64,000 bases of DNA from Myxococcota bacterium (lineage in GTDB: Bacteria; Myxococcota_A; UBA9160; JAFDDA01): NCBI GenBank assembly GCA_965228475.1, contig OZ245817.1:1440001-1504000 (forward strand), given 5' to 3'. Position 1 is the first letter of the stretch. Each line of letters begins with the position of its first letter. The notes beneath the pieces were generated by a model, which saw nothing but the letters and a program-made list of their open reading frames with translations, did no database searches and was not told the origin of the DNA. This document shows, piece after piece, positions 9,101-18,474 of the stretch. The translations under genes were made by a program, and so were the position numbers.

Positions 9101-9982
9101 CTACGAGCCGAGGACCTCGCCGAGCACGCGTTCGAGAGGCCCTTCGTAGCTCCGGACCGAGTCGATCATCGCGGCACCGCCCGGAATCCGCTTGTCCATC
9201 GCATCGAGCAGGTAGAGCGCGGCGAACTCCGGCGCGAAGTCGAGGGGCAGGTCGAGGGCCGTGAAGTACCGCTCGAAGGGTGCCCGGAAGGGCGAACCCT
9301 CGGAGGGCAGGAGGTCCCGGAGCCGCGCCCGCTCGAAGGGCTCGCGCCCGTCCAGGGCCGGGTCGCGGTTCCAGTAGAAGTGGATCAGGTCGAGGCCGGC
9401 GTGGTGGGCCGGGTGGGTCTGGTCGAAGTCGAGGAGGCCGCGTACGCGCCCCGAGTCGGGCTCGACCAGGACGTTCCCGTGGTGGAAGTCGCCGTGGCAG
9501 AAGACGGAGGGCAGGGCGACCGCGGCCGAGCGGCGGCGGAAGTGCTCCGCGAACGCCCGCAGCCGGGCCGTGGCATCCGCCGAGACCCAGCCGCAGGCGT
9601 CGATCCGGCCCACGGCCGCGTCAACGGAGCGGGCGAGTTCGGCGCTGGCGCCCGGGGTGCGGGTCTCGCGGTGCAGCTGGATCAACAGCTCGATGGCCGC
9701 GCGAACGCTGCGCTCGTAGTGCTCTCGGTCATCCTGGAGCTCGATCAACGGGATCCCGGCCAGCCGTTCCTCGACGGCCACGATGATCCCCGAGTCGAGT
9801 TGGGTCGCTCCGAAGCTCTCGGGCAGCAGGCGCCGCAGGCTCTCGGAGAGGCGTTCGTCGCCGGCCAGGTTCCGCAGGCCCACGGCCGAGGCGAGGACCC
9901 GGTCCCGGAAGCGGGGAACGAGCCCGATCTTGAGCAGGAGCTCGCGCTCGGGGGTTCGGCGCGTTCGGACCGGAACGAGCAT
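9101..9982 (-). CDS. Aminoglycoside phosphotransferase/choline-kinase-fold (APH) protein; frame is open upstream to a possible ATC start at 10189
   Basis: Brenner-type motif CHGDFHHGNVLV and GLLDFD; LLLKI. Confidence 0.75.
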   Translation of the reverse strand: MLVPVRTRRTPERELLLKIGLVPRFRDRVLASAVGLRNLAGDERLSESLRRLLPESFGATQLDSGIIVAVEERLAGIPLIELQDDREHYERSVRAAIELLIQLHRETRTPGASAELARSVDAAVGRIDACGWVSADATARLRAFAEHFRRRSAAVALPSVFCHGDFHHGNVLVEPDSGRVRGLLDFDQTHPAHHAGLDLIHFYWNRDPALDGREPFERARLRDLLPSEGSPFRAPFERYFTALDLPLDFAPEFAALYLLDAMDKRIPGGAAMIDSVRSYEGPLERVLGEVLGS

Positions 9983-10297
9983 CGCGCCGCTGTACTCGGC
10001 CCAGATCGGGGGGCTCCCGGTTCGCTCGAGCGGTTCGCCGACGAGCCCCGTCCCGGCGGCCAGCAGAGGTGTGAAGCGCGGCGGCGAGAGCCAGCGGATC
10101 TCTCGGAGTCGGCGGCGCAGCGTCAGGCCGACGGTTCGGAGTGGCCGCCAGAGCGATCGCTTCAGGCGGTCGACGAGCCAGGGCTGGATGGCGGCCTCCG
10201 ATCGTTGGTCGCGGGCGTCGAACCTTCCCCTACGTCGCGACGGAGTTCAAGGTCGCGCAGGCGGCCAGCCTGCGGCGTGCGGAAGGCCTGCCCGGTT

Positions 10298-10326
10298 TTG
10301 CGCCTCGGAACCCCTTCTACTAGCCT
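10298..10326 (+). promoter_or_regulatory. Sigma-70-type promoter for the sensor kinase operon
   Basis: TTGCGC-17 nt-TAGCCT, followed by RBS AAGGAGG before ATG 10385. Confidence 0.5.
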
Positions 10327-10384
10327 TTTCAACGCCTTGGCTCCCAGGCCTCGGCCCCGGCGTCTTCCCGCAGAAGGAGGCTCG

Positions 10385-12697
10385 ATGGCCCCGGACGCCT
10401 CCCCGCAGCTGCCCCCGCCGCCCGAGCGCCGTCCGCCGGTCCCCGAGCAGCGTTCGTCCGCTCCCGAGCGCCGTCCGCCGGTCCCGCTGCCGGCGCACGA
10501 GATTCGCCGCCGGCGGCGCGAGCTCGCGATCAGCGCCTTCGTGCTGGCGGGCATCGCGGGCGTCGCACTCTTCCAGGACCAGCTCGTGGACTTCACGCGG
10601 CCGCTCCAGGTCGGCGACAGCGTGATGTTCTTCTTCCTGAACGCCGTCACGATCACCCTGATCCTGCTGCTGATCTTCCTGCTCTCCCGCAACGTCATCA
10701 AGCTCCTGTTCGAGCGCCGCCAGGGCATCCTCGGATCCCACCTGAACTGGAAGTTCGTCGGCGCCTTCGTCCTGATCGCGACCGTCCCCACGCTCATCCT
10801 GTTCATCATCTCACTCGTCCTGATCAACGCCTCCATCCACACCTGGTTCAGCCTCCAGGTGGATCAGGCCCTCGACCAGAGCCGCGAGGTCGCCGAGACC
10901 TACTACGAATCGGGCAAGCAGAACGCGCTCTACTACGGCCACCAGATCGCCGGCCGCATCACCACCGGGCGGCTCCTGCGCGAGGAGCGGCTCGAGGACC
11001 TCGCCGAGCTGATCCGTCAGAAGCAGACCGAGTACAACCTCGGCGTGGTGGAGGTGTTCAGCGCGACGGGCGAGGAGCTCGTGGTCGCGGTGAATCCGGA
11101 GATCCCGCTGGCGCGCTTCTCGAGCCTCGACAACGCCCTCGTGCAGCAGGCGCTCGCCGGGGACGAGAGCTTCGTCGTCCAGCCTTCGGGGACGGGCGAC
11201 GTGATCCGCGGCGCGGTGCCGATCTCCTCGAGCTTCCGGCCCGAGGACACGGTCGGCGTGGTGGTGGTGAACTACTGGGTGCCGTTCAGTCTCTCGCGCA
11301 AGGTCGAGGCGATCCGGGCGGCCCTCGACGAATACCGGAACCTGAAGCCGAACGAGCGGCGCGTGCGCGTCGTGTACCAGCTCCAGCTCCTGCTCGTCTT
11401 CCTCGTGATCCTGCTGCTGGCGACGTGGTGGGGCTTCCGGCTGGCCCGCGGCGTCACCGGCCCGATCAAGGCCCTCGCCGAAGGCACGGCGGAGGTCGCG
11501 AAGGGCAACCTCGACGTCGTGGTCGAGAAATCCTCCGACGACGAGATCGGCTTCCTGGTCGACTCCTTCAACGACATGACCGCCGACCTTTCTTCGGCGC
11601 GCAGCCAGATCGAACGCTCCCAGTCGGACCTCGACGAGCGCCGCCGCTACATGGAGATCGTGCTGCGCAACGTCGGCGCGGGCGTGGTCTCCGTCGACGC
11701 CGAGGGCTGCATCAGCACGATCAACCCCTCGGCCCAGCGCATCCTCTCGCTTCCGCCGGGCGGCGAGCTCGTCGGGCGCAAGCTCGAGGACGTGCTGCCG
11801 GGCGAGGCCCACGCGGAGATCGTGCGCGATCTCCCGAGCGAGCTCCGCGCGGGCATGCGCGAGAGCATCCGCCGCCAGGTCCAGGTGCCGCGCGGCGACG
11901 AGGTCCTGACCCTGCTCGTCACGATGACCCTGCTCCAGGACGAGGACGACCGCCCGCTCGGCACCGTGATCGTGCTCGACGACTACTCCCAGCTCGTGCG
12001 GGCCCAGCGCATGGCGGCCTGGCGCGAGGTCGCCCGCCGCATCGCCCACGAGATCAAGAACCCGCTCACGCCGATCCAGCTCTCGAGCCAGCGCATCCGC
12101 CGCCGCTTCCGCGACCGCCTGGCCGACGACCCGGACGCCACACGCGTCTTCGACGAGTGCGTGGACACGATCTCGAGCCAGGTCGACAGCCTGAAGGTGC
12201 TGGTGAACGAGTTCTCGAACTTCGCGCGGCTGCCCGCGGCGAACCTGCGCCCGGACGACCTGAACGGCGTCGTGCGCGAAGCCGTCGCGAGCTACCAGGG
12301 CGTCGACGGCGTGCGCTTCGAGACGGCGCTCGATGCCGCGCTCCCCGATGTCGAGATCGACCGCGAGCAGCTCCGGCGCCTGCTCACGAACCTGATCGAC
12401 AACGCCGTGGCCGCGGTGCAATCGCAGGGGGAGGGCGGCACGATCGAACTGCGCACGGCCCACGATGCGCCCCTCCAGACGATCCGCCTCGAAGTGGCCG
12501 ACGACGGCCCCGGCATCAAGGCCGCGACGCGCCGGCGCCTGTTCGAGCCCTACTACTCGACGAAGGACGGCGGCACGGGCCTCGGCCTCGCCATCGTCTC
12601 CCGTATCGTCGCGGACCATCGCGGCTACATTCGCGTGCACGAGAACCGGCCCCGGGGCACCCGCTTCATCGTGGAGTTCCCGGAGCGGAGCGCCTAG
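10385..12697 (+). CDS. NtrY-like membrane sensor histidine kinase (TM, HAMP, PAS, HisKA, HATPase)
   Basis: AAWREVARRIAHEIKNPLTPIQLS H-box of NtrY type; HAMP DEIGFLVDSFNDMT; NLIDNA, DDGPG, GTGLGLAIV; RBS AAGGAGG. Confidence 0.9.
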   Translation: MAPDASPQLPPPPERRPPVPEQRSSAPERRPPVPLPAHEIRRRRRELAISAFVLAGIAGVALFQDQLVDFTRPLQVGDSVMFFFLNAVTITLILLLIFLLSRNVIKLLFERRQGILGSHLNWKFVGAFVLIATVPTLILFIISLVLINASIHTWFSLQVDQALDQSREVAETYYESGKQNALYYGHQIAGRITTGRLLREERLEDLAELIRQKQTEYNLGVVEVFSATGEELVVAVNPEIPLARFSSLDNALVQQALAGDESFVVQPSGTGDVIRGAVPISSSFRPEDTVGVVVVNYWVPFSLSRKVEAIRAALDEYRNLKPNERRVRVVYQLQLLLVFLVILLLATWWGFRLARGVTGPIKALAEGTAEVAKGNLDVVVEKSSDDEIGFLVDSFNDMTADLSSARSQIERSQSDLDERRRYMEIVLRNVGAGVVSVDAEGCISTINPSAQRILSLPPGGELVGRKLEDVLPGEAHAEIVRDLPSELRAGMRESIRRQVQVPRGDEVLTLLVTMTLLQDEDDRPLGTVIVLDDYSQLVRAQRMAAWREVARRIAHEIKNPLTPIQLSSQRIRRRFRDRLADDPDATRVFDECVDTISSQVDSLKVLVNEFSNFARLPAANLRPDDLNGVVREAVASYQGVDGVRFETALDAALPDVEIDREQLRRLLTNLIDNAVAAVQSQGEGGTIELRTAHDAPLQTIRLEVADDGPGIKAATRRRLFEPYYSTKDGGTGLGLAIVSRIVADHRGYIRVHENRPRGTRFIVEFPERSA
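10421..10483 (+). repeat. Three tandem 21-bp units in the kinase N-terminus (PERRPPV/PEQRSSA/PERRPPV)
   Basis: cccgagcgccgtccgccggtc at 10421 and 10463 (identical), with diverged cccgagcagcgttcgtccgct at 10442. Confidence 0.8.
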
Positions 12698-12729
12698 CGC
12701 ATGGCGACCGGCCCGAACGGAGCGACTCG

Positions 12730-14094
12730 TTGAGCCACATCCTGATCGTCGACGACGAAGAGAGCATCTGCCGCTCGCTGTCCGGGATCCTCGAAGACGA
12801 GGGCTTCGCCACGAGCTCCGCCGAGAACGGCGAGGTCGCCCTCGACCGGCTCGAGAAGGCGGACCTGCCGGACCTCGTCCTGCTCGACATCGCGATGCCC
12901 GGCCGCGACGGGATCGAGGTGCTCGAGGCCATCCGGGAGCGCGGCCAGCGCCTGCCCGTGATCATGATGAGCGGCCACGGCACGATCGAGACCGCGGTCA
13001 AGGCGACCCGTCTCGGCGCCTACGACTTCATCGAGAAGCCGCTCTCCTTCGACAAGCTGCTGCTCACCATCCAGCACGCCCTCGAGCAGGACCGGCTGCG
13101 CAAGGAGAACCTCGCCCTGCGCGGCGAAGCCATCCGCGCGCGCGAGATCCTCGGCAACTCCGAGCCCGTCCGCCGGCTGAAGGCGCAGATCGACCAGGCG
13201 GCGCCCACCAACGGCTGGGTGCTCATCACCGGGGAGAACGGGACGGGCAAGGAGCTCGTGGCGCGCCAGCTCCACGTGCGCAGCAAGCGCGCCGAGGGCC
13301 CCTTCATCGACGTGAACTGCGCGGCGATCCCCGAGGAGCTGATCGAGTCCGAGCTCTTCGGCCACGAGCGCGGGGCCTTCACCGGGGCCATCGCCCAGAA
13401 GCGCGGCCGCTTCGAGCTCGCGCACCAGGGCACGCTCTTCCTCGACGAGATCGCGGACATGAGCCTGATGACCCAGGCGAAGATCCTGCGCATCCTCCAG
13501 GAGCGGAAGTTCGAACGCGTCGGCGGGACGGCCTCGATCGAAGTCGACGTGCGCGTGATCGCCGCCACGAACAAGGATCTCGTGAAGGAGATCGAGGGCG
13601 GCCGCTTCCGCGAGGACCTCTACTACCGCCTGAACGTGATCCCCTTCCAGGTTCCGCCCCTGCGCGAGCGGCGCGAGGACATCCCGGAGCTCGTCGAGGC
13701 CTTCGCCCGCGAGTTCTGCGCCGACTCCGGCGTACGCCCGAAGGAGATCACGCCCGAGGCGATCGAGCGGCTCCAGGCCCAGCCCTGGCCCGGCAACGTC
13801 CGCGAGCTGCGGAACCTGCTCGAGCGCCTCGTGCTGATGACGCCCGGGCCGCGCATCGAGGCCGAGGACGTGCCGAGCCAGGGTCCGAGTGCCGCGGCGG
13901 GGACGTCGGCCTTCCACGCGGACCTCACGGGGACGCTCGAGGACGCCCGCCGCAACTTCGAGCGCACGTTCCTGACGGCTCGCCTGAAGGAGCACGGCGG
14001 GAACATCTCGCGCACGGCCGACGCCATCGGGCTCGCCCGGGAGACGCTCTCCCGCAAGATCCGCGCCCTCGGGATCGACGCCGAGAAGGCGTGA
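12730..14094 (+). CDS. NtrX-like sigma-54-dependent response regulator (REC-AAA+-HTH)
   Basis: TTG start after GGAG; ILIVDDE, LLDIAMPG, MSGHGTIETAVKA, GENGTGKE, ELFGHERGAFTGA, FLDEIAD, WPGNVREL, C-terminal HTH. Confidence 0.9.
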   Translation: MSHILIVDDEESICRSLSGILEDEGFATSSAENGEVALDRLEKADLPDLVLLDIAMPGRDGIEVLEAIRERGQRLPVIMMSGHGTIETAVKATRLGAYDFIEKPLSFDKLLLTIQHALEQDRLRKENLALRGEAIRAREILGNSEPVRRLKAQIDQAAPTNGWVLITGENGTGKELVARQLHVRSKRAEGPFIDVNCAAIPEELIESELFGHERGAFTGAIAQKRGRFELAHQGTLFLDEIADMSLMTQAKILRILQERKFERVGGTASIEVDVRVIAATNKDLVKEIEGGRFREDLYYRLNVIPFQVPPLRERREDIPELVEAFAREFCADSGVRPKEITPEAIERLQAQPWPGNVRELRNLLERLVLMTPGPRIEAEDVPSQGPSAAAGTSAFHADLTGTLEDARRNFERTFLTARLKEHGGNISRTADAIGLARETLSRKIRALGIDAEKA

Positions 14095-15326
14095 CCTCCG
14101 GCATGATCCGGCCCGCAAGGCCCGCGGACGCGGCAGCGCTCGCGGAGATCGACCGCGCGGCGCTCCCGGAGGCGAACGCGCCCCTCGACGTGGCGGCGCT
14201 GCTCGCGGAAGCCCGGGCGGAGCTCGCGGTCTTCGAACGCGCGGGCCGCATCCTCGGGTTCGTCGCCACGGGCCGGGCCGCGGACGAAGTCGAGATCCAG
14301 GCCATTGCCGTCGCCGAAGGGTCGCGCCGCGCCGGTGTGGGCAGCGCGCTCCTGGCCGCGGCCCTCGACGCCGCCGCGCGCCGCGGGGCGCGCAAGGCCT
14401 TCCTCGAGGTGCGCGCCTCGGACGAAGGCGCCCGGCGCTTCTACGTGCAACGGCGTTTCCGTGAGATCGGACGGAGGCCGCGCTATTACCGGAGCGGGGA
14501 GGATGCGGTCCTGATGACGCGCGAGATCGGCCCGCTGCGCACCGTGGCGGAGGTCGTCAGCAACGAACGCGACGGCGCGACGGGCTTCCGTCTCGCCCTG
14601 CGTGTCCCGGGCTGGCCCGGCGCCGAGCCCGGCCAGTTCGTGATGCTGACGCCCGACGCCGGGGGCGAGGTCGTCCGCAACGACCCGCTCCTCCCCCGGC
14701 CGATGGCGATCTACCGGACCCTCGCCTCGGGCGACGTCTTCGAGGTGCTCTACAAGGTCGTCGGCCGCGGGACGAGCCTCCTGGCCGGCGCCGCACCCGG
14801 GGATGCCGTCGGCGTCGTCGGCCCGCTGGGGCGCGGCTTCGCGGCGCCGTCCCCGGGCGAGCACGCGCTGCTCGTCGGCGGCGGCACCGGGACGGCCTCG
14901 CTCCTCGACCAGGCCGAACGCGCCGCCAAGGCCGGCCGCGCGACGGTGATGCTCGGCGCGCGCACCGAGGGCGACCTGATCGGCCTGCCCGAATTCCGCG
15001 CCCTCGGCGTGGAACTCGAGCTCGCGACCGAGGACGGCAGCTTCGGCCACGCCGGCCGCGTGACCGAGCCGCTCGCCAAGGCCCTCGCGAGCGCCGAGAA
15101 CCCCGTCGTCTACGCCTGCGGGCCGACGCCCATGATGCGCGCCGCCGCGGCCCTCGCCGCCGAACACGGCGCCCCCTGCCACGTTTCGCTCGAGAACCCG
15201 ATGGCCTGCGGCTTCGGCGTCTGCCTCGGCTGCGCCGCCCCGCTTTCGGGCGGCGGCTTCGCCCTGGTCTGCCGCGACGGCCCGGTCTTCGAGGCCGCGG
15301 ACGTCGACTGGGACCACCTCTCGTGA
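14091..15326 (+). CDS. pyrK: In-frame fusion: RimI-like GNAT N-acetyltransferase + dihydroorotate dehydrogenase electron-transfer subunit PyrK
   Basis: GTG overlaps the upstream TGA; GNAT motifs IAV..RRAGVG, FLEVRAS, RPRYY..GEDAVLM, then with no stop PGQFVML, LLPRPMAI, VGPLGRGF, VGGGTG, TEDGSFG, CGPTPMM, ENPMACGFGVCLGC...VCRDGPVF. Confidence 0.85.
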   Translation: MTSGMIRPARPADAAALAEIDRAALPEANAPLDVAALLAEARAELAVFERAGRILGFVATGRAADEVEIQAIAVAEGSRRAGVGSALLAAALDAAARRGARKAFLEVRASDEGARRFYVQRRFREIGRRPRYYRSGEDAVLMTREIGPLRTVAEVVSNERDGATGFRLALRVPGWPGAEPGQFVMLTPDAGGEVVRNDPLLPRPMAIYRTLASGDVFEVLYKVVGRGTSLLAGAAPGDAVGVVGPLGRGFAAPSPGEHALLVGGGTGTASLLDQAERAAKAGRATVMLGARTEGDLIGLPEFRALGVELELATEDGSFGHAGRVTEPLAKALASAENPVVYACGPTPMMRAAAALAAEHGAPCHVSLENPMACGFGVCLGCAAPLSGGGFALVCRDGPVFEAADVDWDHLS

Positions 15327-16243
15327 GCGACGCCGTCGACAGCGCCGTCGATCTCGGCGGGATCGCGCTCCGCAATCCGGTGCTCACCGCCTCGGGCACC
15401 TTCGGCTACGGCACGGAGTTCGCGCCCTTCCTCGACCTCACGACGATCGGCGGCTTCGTCGCGAAGAGCCTGACCCTCGAGCCGCGCACCGGGAACCTGC
15501 CGGCGCGCATCCACGAGACCGCCGCGGGCATGCTGAACGCCATCGGTCTCGAGAACGTCGGCGTCGAGGCCTTCATCTCCAAGAAACTCCCGCAGATCCC
15601 GGACGGCGTCCCGGTCGTGGCGAGCATCTTCGGCACCGCGCCCGCCCAGTACGCCGAGGTGTGCAAGCGGCTGACCGGCGTGCCCCAGGTCGCCGGGGTC
15701 GAGATCAACGCCTCCTGCCCGCACGTGAAGGCCGGCGGCATCGAGTTCGGCCAGAACCCGGAGCTGCTCGCCGGACTGGTGCGCGAGTGCCGCGGCGCGA
15801 CGACCCTGCCGCTGCTCGTGAAGCTCTCGCCCAACGTCACCTCGATCGCCGAGATGGCCCGCGTCGCGGAGGGGGAGGGCGCCGACGGCCTCGCGATGAT
15901 CAACACGCTCCAGGCCATGGACGTCGACCTCGAGACCCGCCGCCCGGTCCTGCGCAACGTGCTCGGGGGGCTCTCCGGGCCGGCGATCCTGCCCGTGGCC
16001 CTGCGCATGGTCTTCCAGGCCTCCCAGGCCGTGGGCATCCCGATCTGCGGAATCGGCGGGATCATGAGCGGCGAGGACGCCGTGAAGTTCCTGCTGTGCG
16101 GTGCGACCGCCGTCCAGGTGGGCACCGCGAGCTACCTCGATCCGGGCGCCGCGGGCCGCGTGGCCGCCGGAATCGAGGCGTATTGCCGCGACCACGGGGT
16201 CGCCGCCGTCCGCGACCTGACGGGGGCCCTGGAAACCGGCTGA
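15323..16243 (+). CDS. pyrD: Dihydroorotate dehydrogenase, class 1B catalytic subunit
   Basis: ASGTFGYG, MLNAIGLENVG, EINASCPHV, VKLSPNVT, INTL, GGLSGPAI, AVQVGTA. Confidence 0.95.
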   Translation: MSDAVDSAVDLGGIALRNPVLTASGTFGYGTEFAPFLDLTTIGGFVAKSLTLEPRTGNLPARIHETAAGMLNAIGLENVGVEAFISKKLPQIPDGVPVVASIFGTAPAQYAEVCKRLTGVPQVAGVEINASCPHVKAGGIEFGQNPELLAGLVRECRGATTLPLLVKLSPNVTSIAEMARVAEGEGADGLAMINTLQAMDVDLETRRPVLRNVLGGLSGPAILPVALRMVFQASQAVGIPICGIGGIMSGEDAVKFLLCGATAVQVGTASYLDPGAAGRVAAGIEAYCRDHGVAAVRDLTGALETG

Positions 16244-16292
16244 GCCTGGGCTGAAAAGCCCTCGATCCGGGCCGGCGGGCGGGTCCCGCGGC

Positions 16293-16321
16293 TTGCAAAA
16301 CCCCGGGGATTTTCATAGGTT
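16293..16321 (+). promoter_or_regulatory. Sigma-70-type promoter of the rimP-nusA-infB operon
   Basis: TTGCAA-17 nt-TAGGTT in a locally AT-rich patch. Confidence 0.6.
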
Positions 16322-16414
16322 GCGCCCTTGCTGCGCGAGGGCGGTCCGGCACGCCGGGGCCGTCGCCGCGTGCCTGCCGCCAGGGTGCCTCTGGGTACGG
16401 GCTGCGCAGGTGTG

Positions 16415-16448
16415 AGAAGTGGACGCTCTCGTCCGCTTCTTTTTGTTT
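16415..16448 (+). terminator. rimP leader terminator/attenuator hairpin
   Basis: AGAAGTGGACG-CTCT-CGTCCGCTTCT (11-bp stem, one G-U) followed by TTTTGTTT, between the promoter and the rimP start. Confidence 0.75.
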
Positions 16449-16507
16449 GGAGCGCTGGTTCAGAGTCGTCCGGCGCTCGGAGGGTGCGGCGTGCGGGAGA
16501 CGCGGGG

Positions 16508-17008
16508 ATGTATCGCGACATCCCCAAGGAGCTGTTGGGTCTGATCGAGCCGATCGTCGAAGATCATGGCCTCGAGCTGGTGGATGCGGACGTGGTCCGC
16601 GGCCGCGGCACGGGTCAGCTGCGCGTCGTCGTGGATACGCCGGCCGGGGACGGGCTCGTCTCCGTGGAGGCCTGCGCCGCGGTGTCGCGCGAGCTCGGCA
16701 GCCAGCTCGACGCCGAAGACGCCATCCACGACAGCTACGTGCTCGAGGTGTCCTCGCCGGGCCTCGACCGGCCGCTCTCGCGTGAGAAGGATTTTCGGGC
16801 CGCCTGCGGCTCGGACGTGAAGCTCGAAACCCGCGTGCCCCTCGGCGGCCGCCGCCGCTTCAAGGGCAAGCTCACCGCCTTCGATGGCGAGACGGCGCGC
16901 CTCGAGATCGACGGCGACGCCCACGACATCCCCTTCGCCCAGGTGGCGAAGGCCCACGTGATCTACCACTTCTCCGCCGCGGACTTCAACGCGCGGCGGG
17001 AAGGCTGA
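16508..17008 (+). CDS. rimP: Ribosome maturation factor RimP
   Basis: LRVVVD, CAAVSRELGSQLD, YVLEVSSPGLDRPL, GRRRFKGKL; position upstream of nusA. Confidence 0.93.
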   Translation: MYRDIPKELLGLIEPIVEDHGLELVDADVVRGRGTGQLRVVVDTPAGDGLVSVEACAAVSRELGSQLDAEDAIHDSYVLEVSSPGLDRPLSREKDFRAACGSDVKLETRVPLGGRRRFKGKLTAFDGETARLEIDGDAHDIPFAQVAKAHVIYHFSAADFNARREG

Positions 17009-17018
17009 CGGAGTCGCC

Positions 17019-18461
<1,443 letters not shown>

Positions 18462-18474
18462 GGCAGAAGCATCC

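Noticed and set aside
2095..9264. Very long ORFs 2095-5736(-) and 6028-9264(+), and similar ones elsewhere (e.g. 22313-25348, 40341-43253, 55353-58121)
   Set aside because: Antisense or off-frame shadows of recognisable genes; stop codons are scarce at this GC content and the translations are low-complexity Arg/Gly/Ala/Pro-rich text without motifs
8822..10384. Apparent 521-aa N-terminal extension of the sensor kinase ORF
   Set aside because: It overlaps the phytase and APH genes on the other strand; the promoter and SD point to ATG 10385
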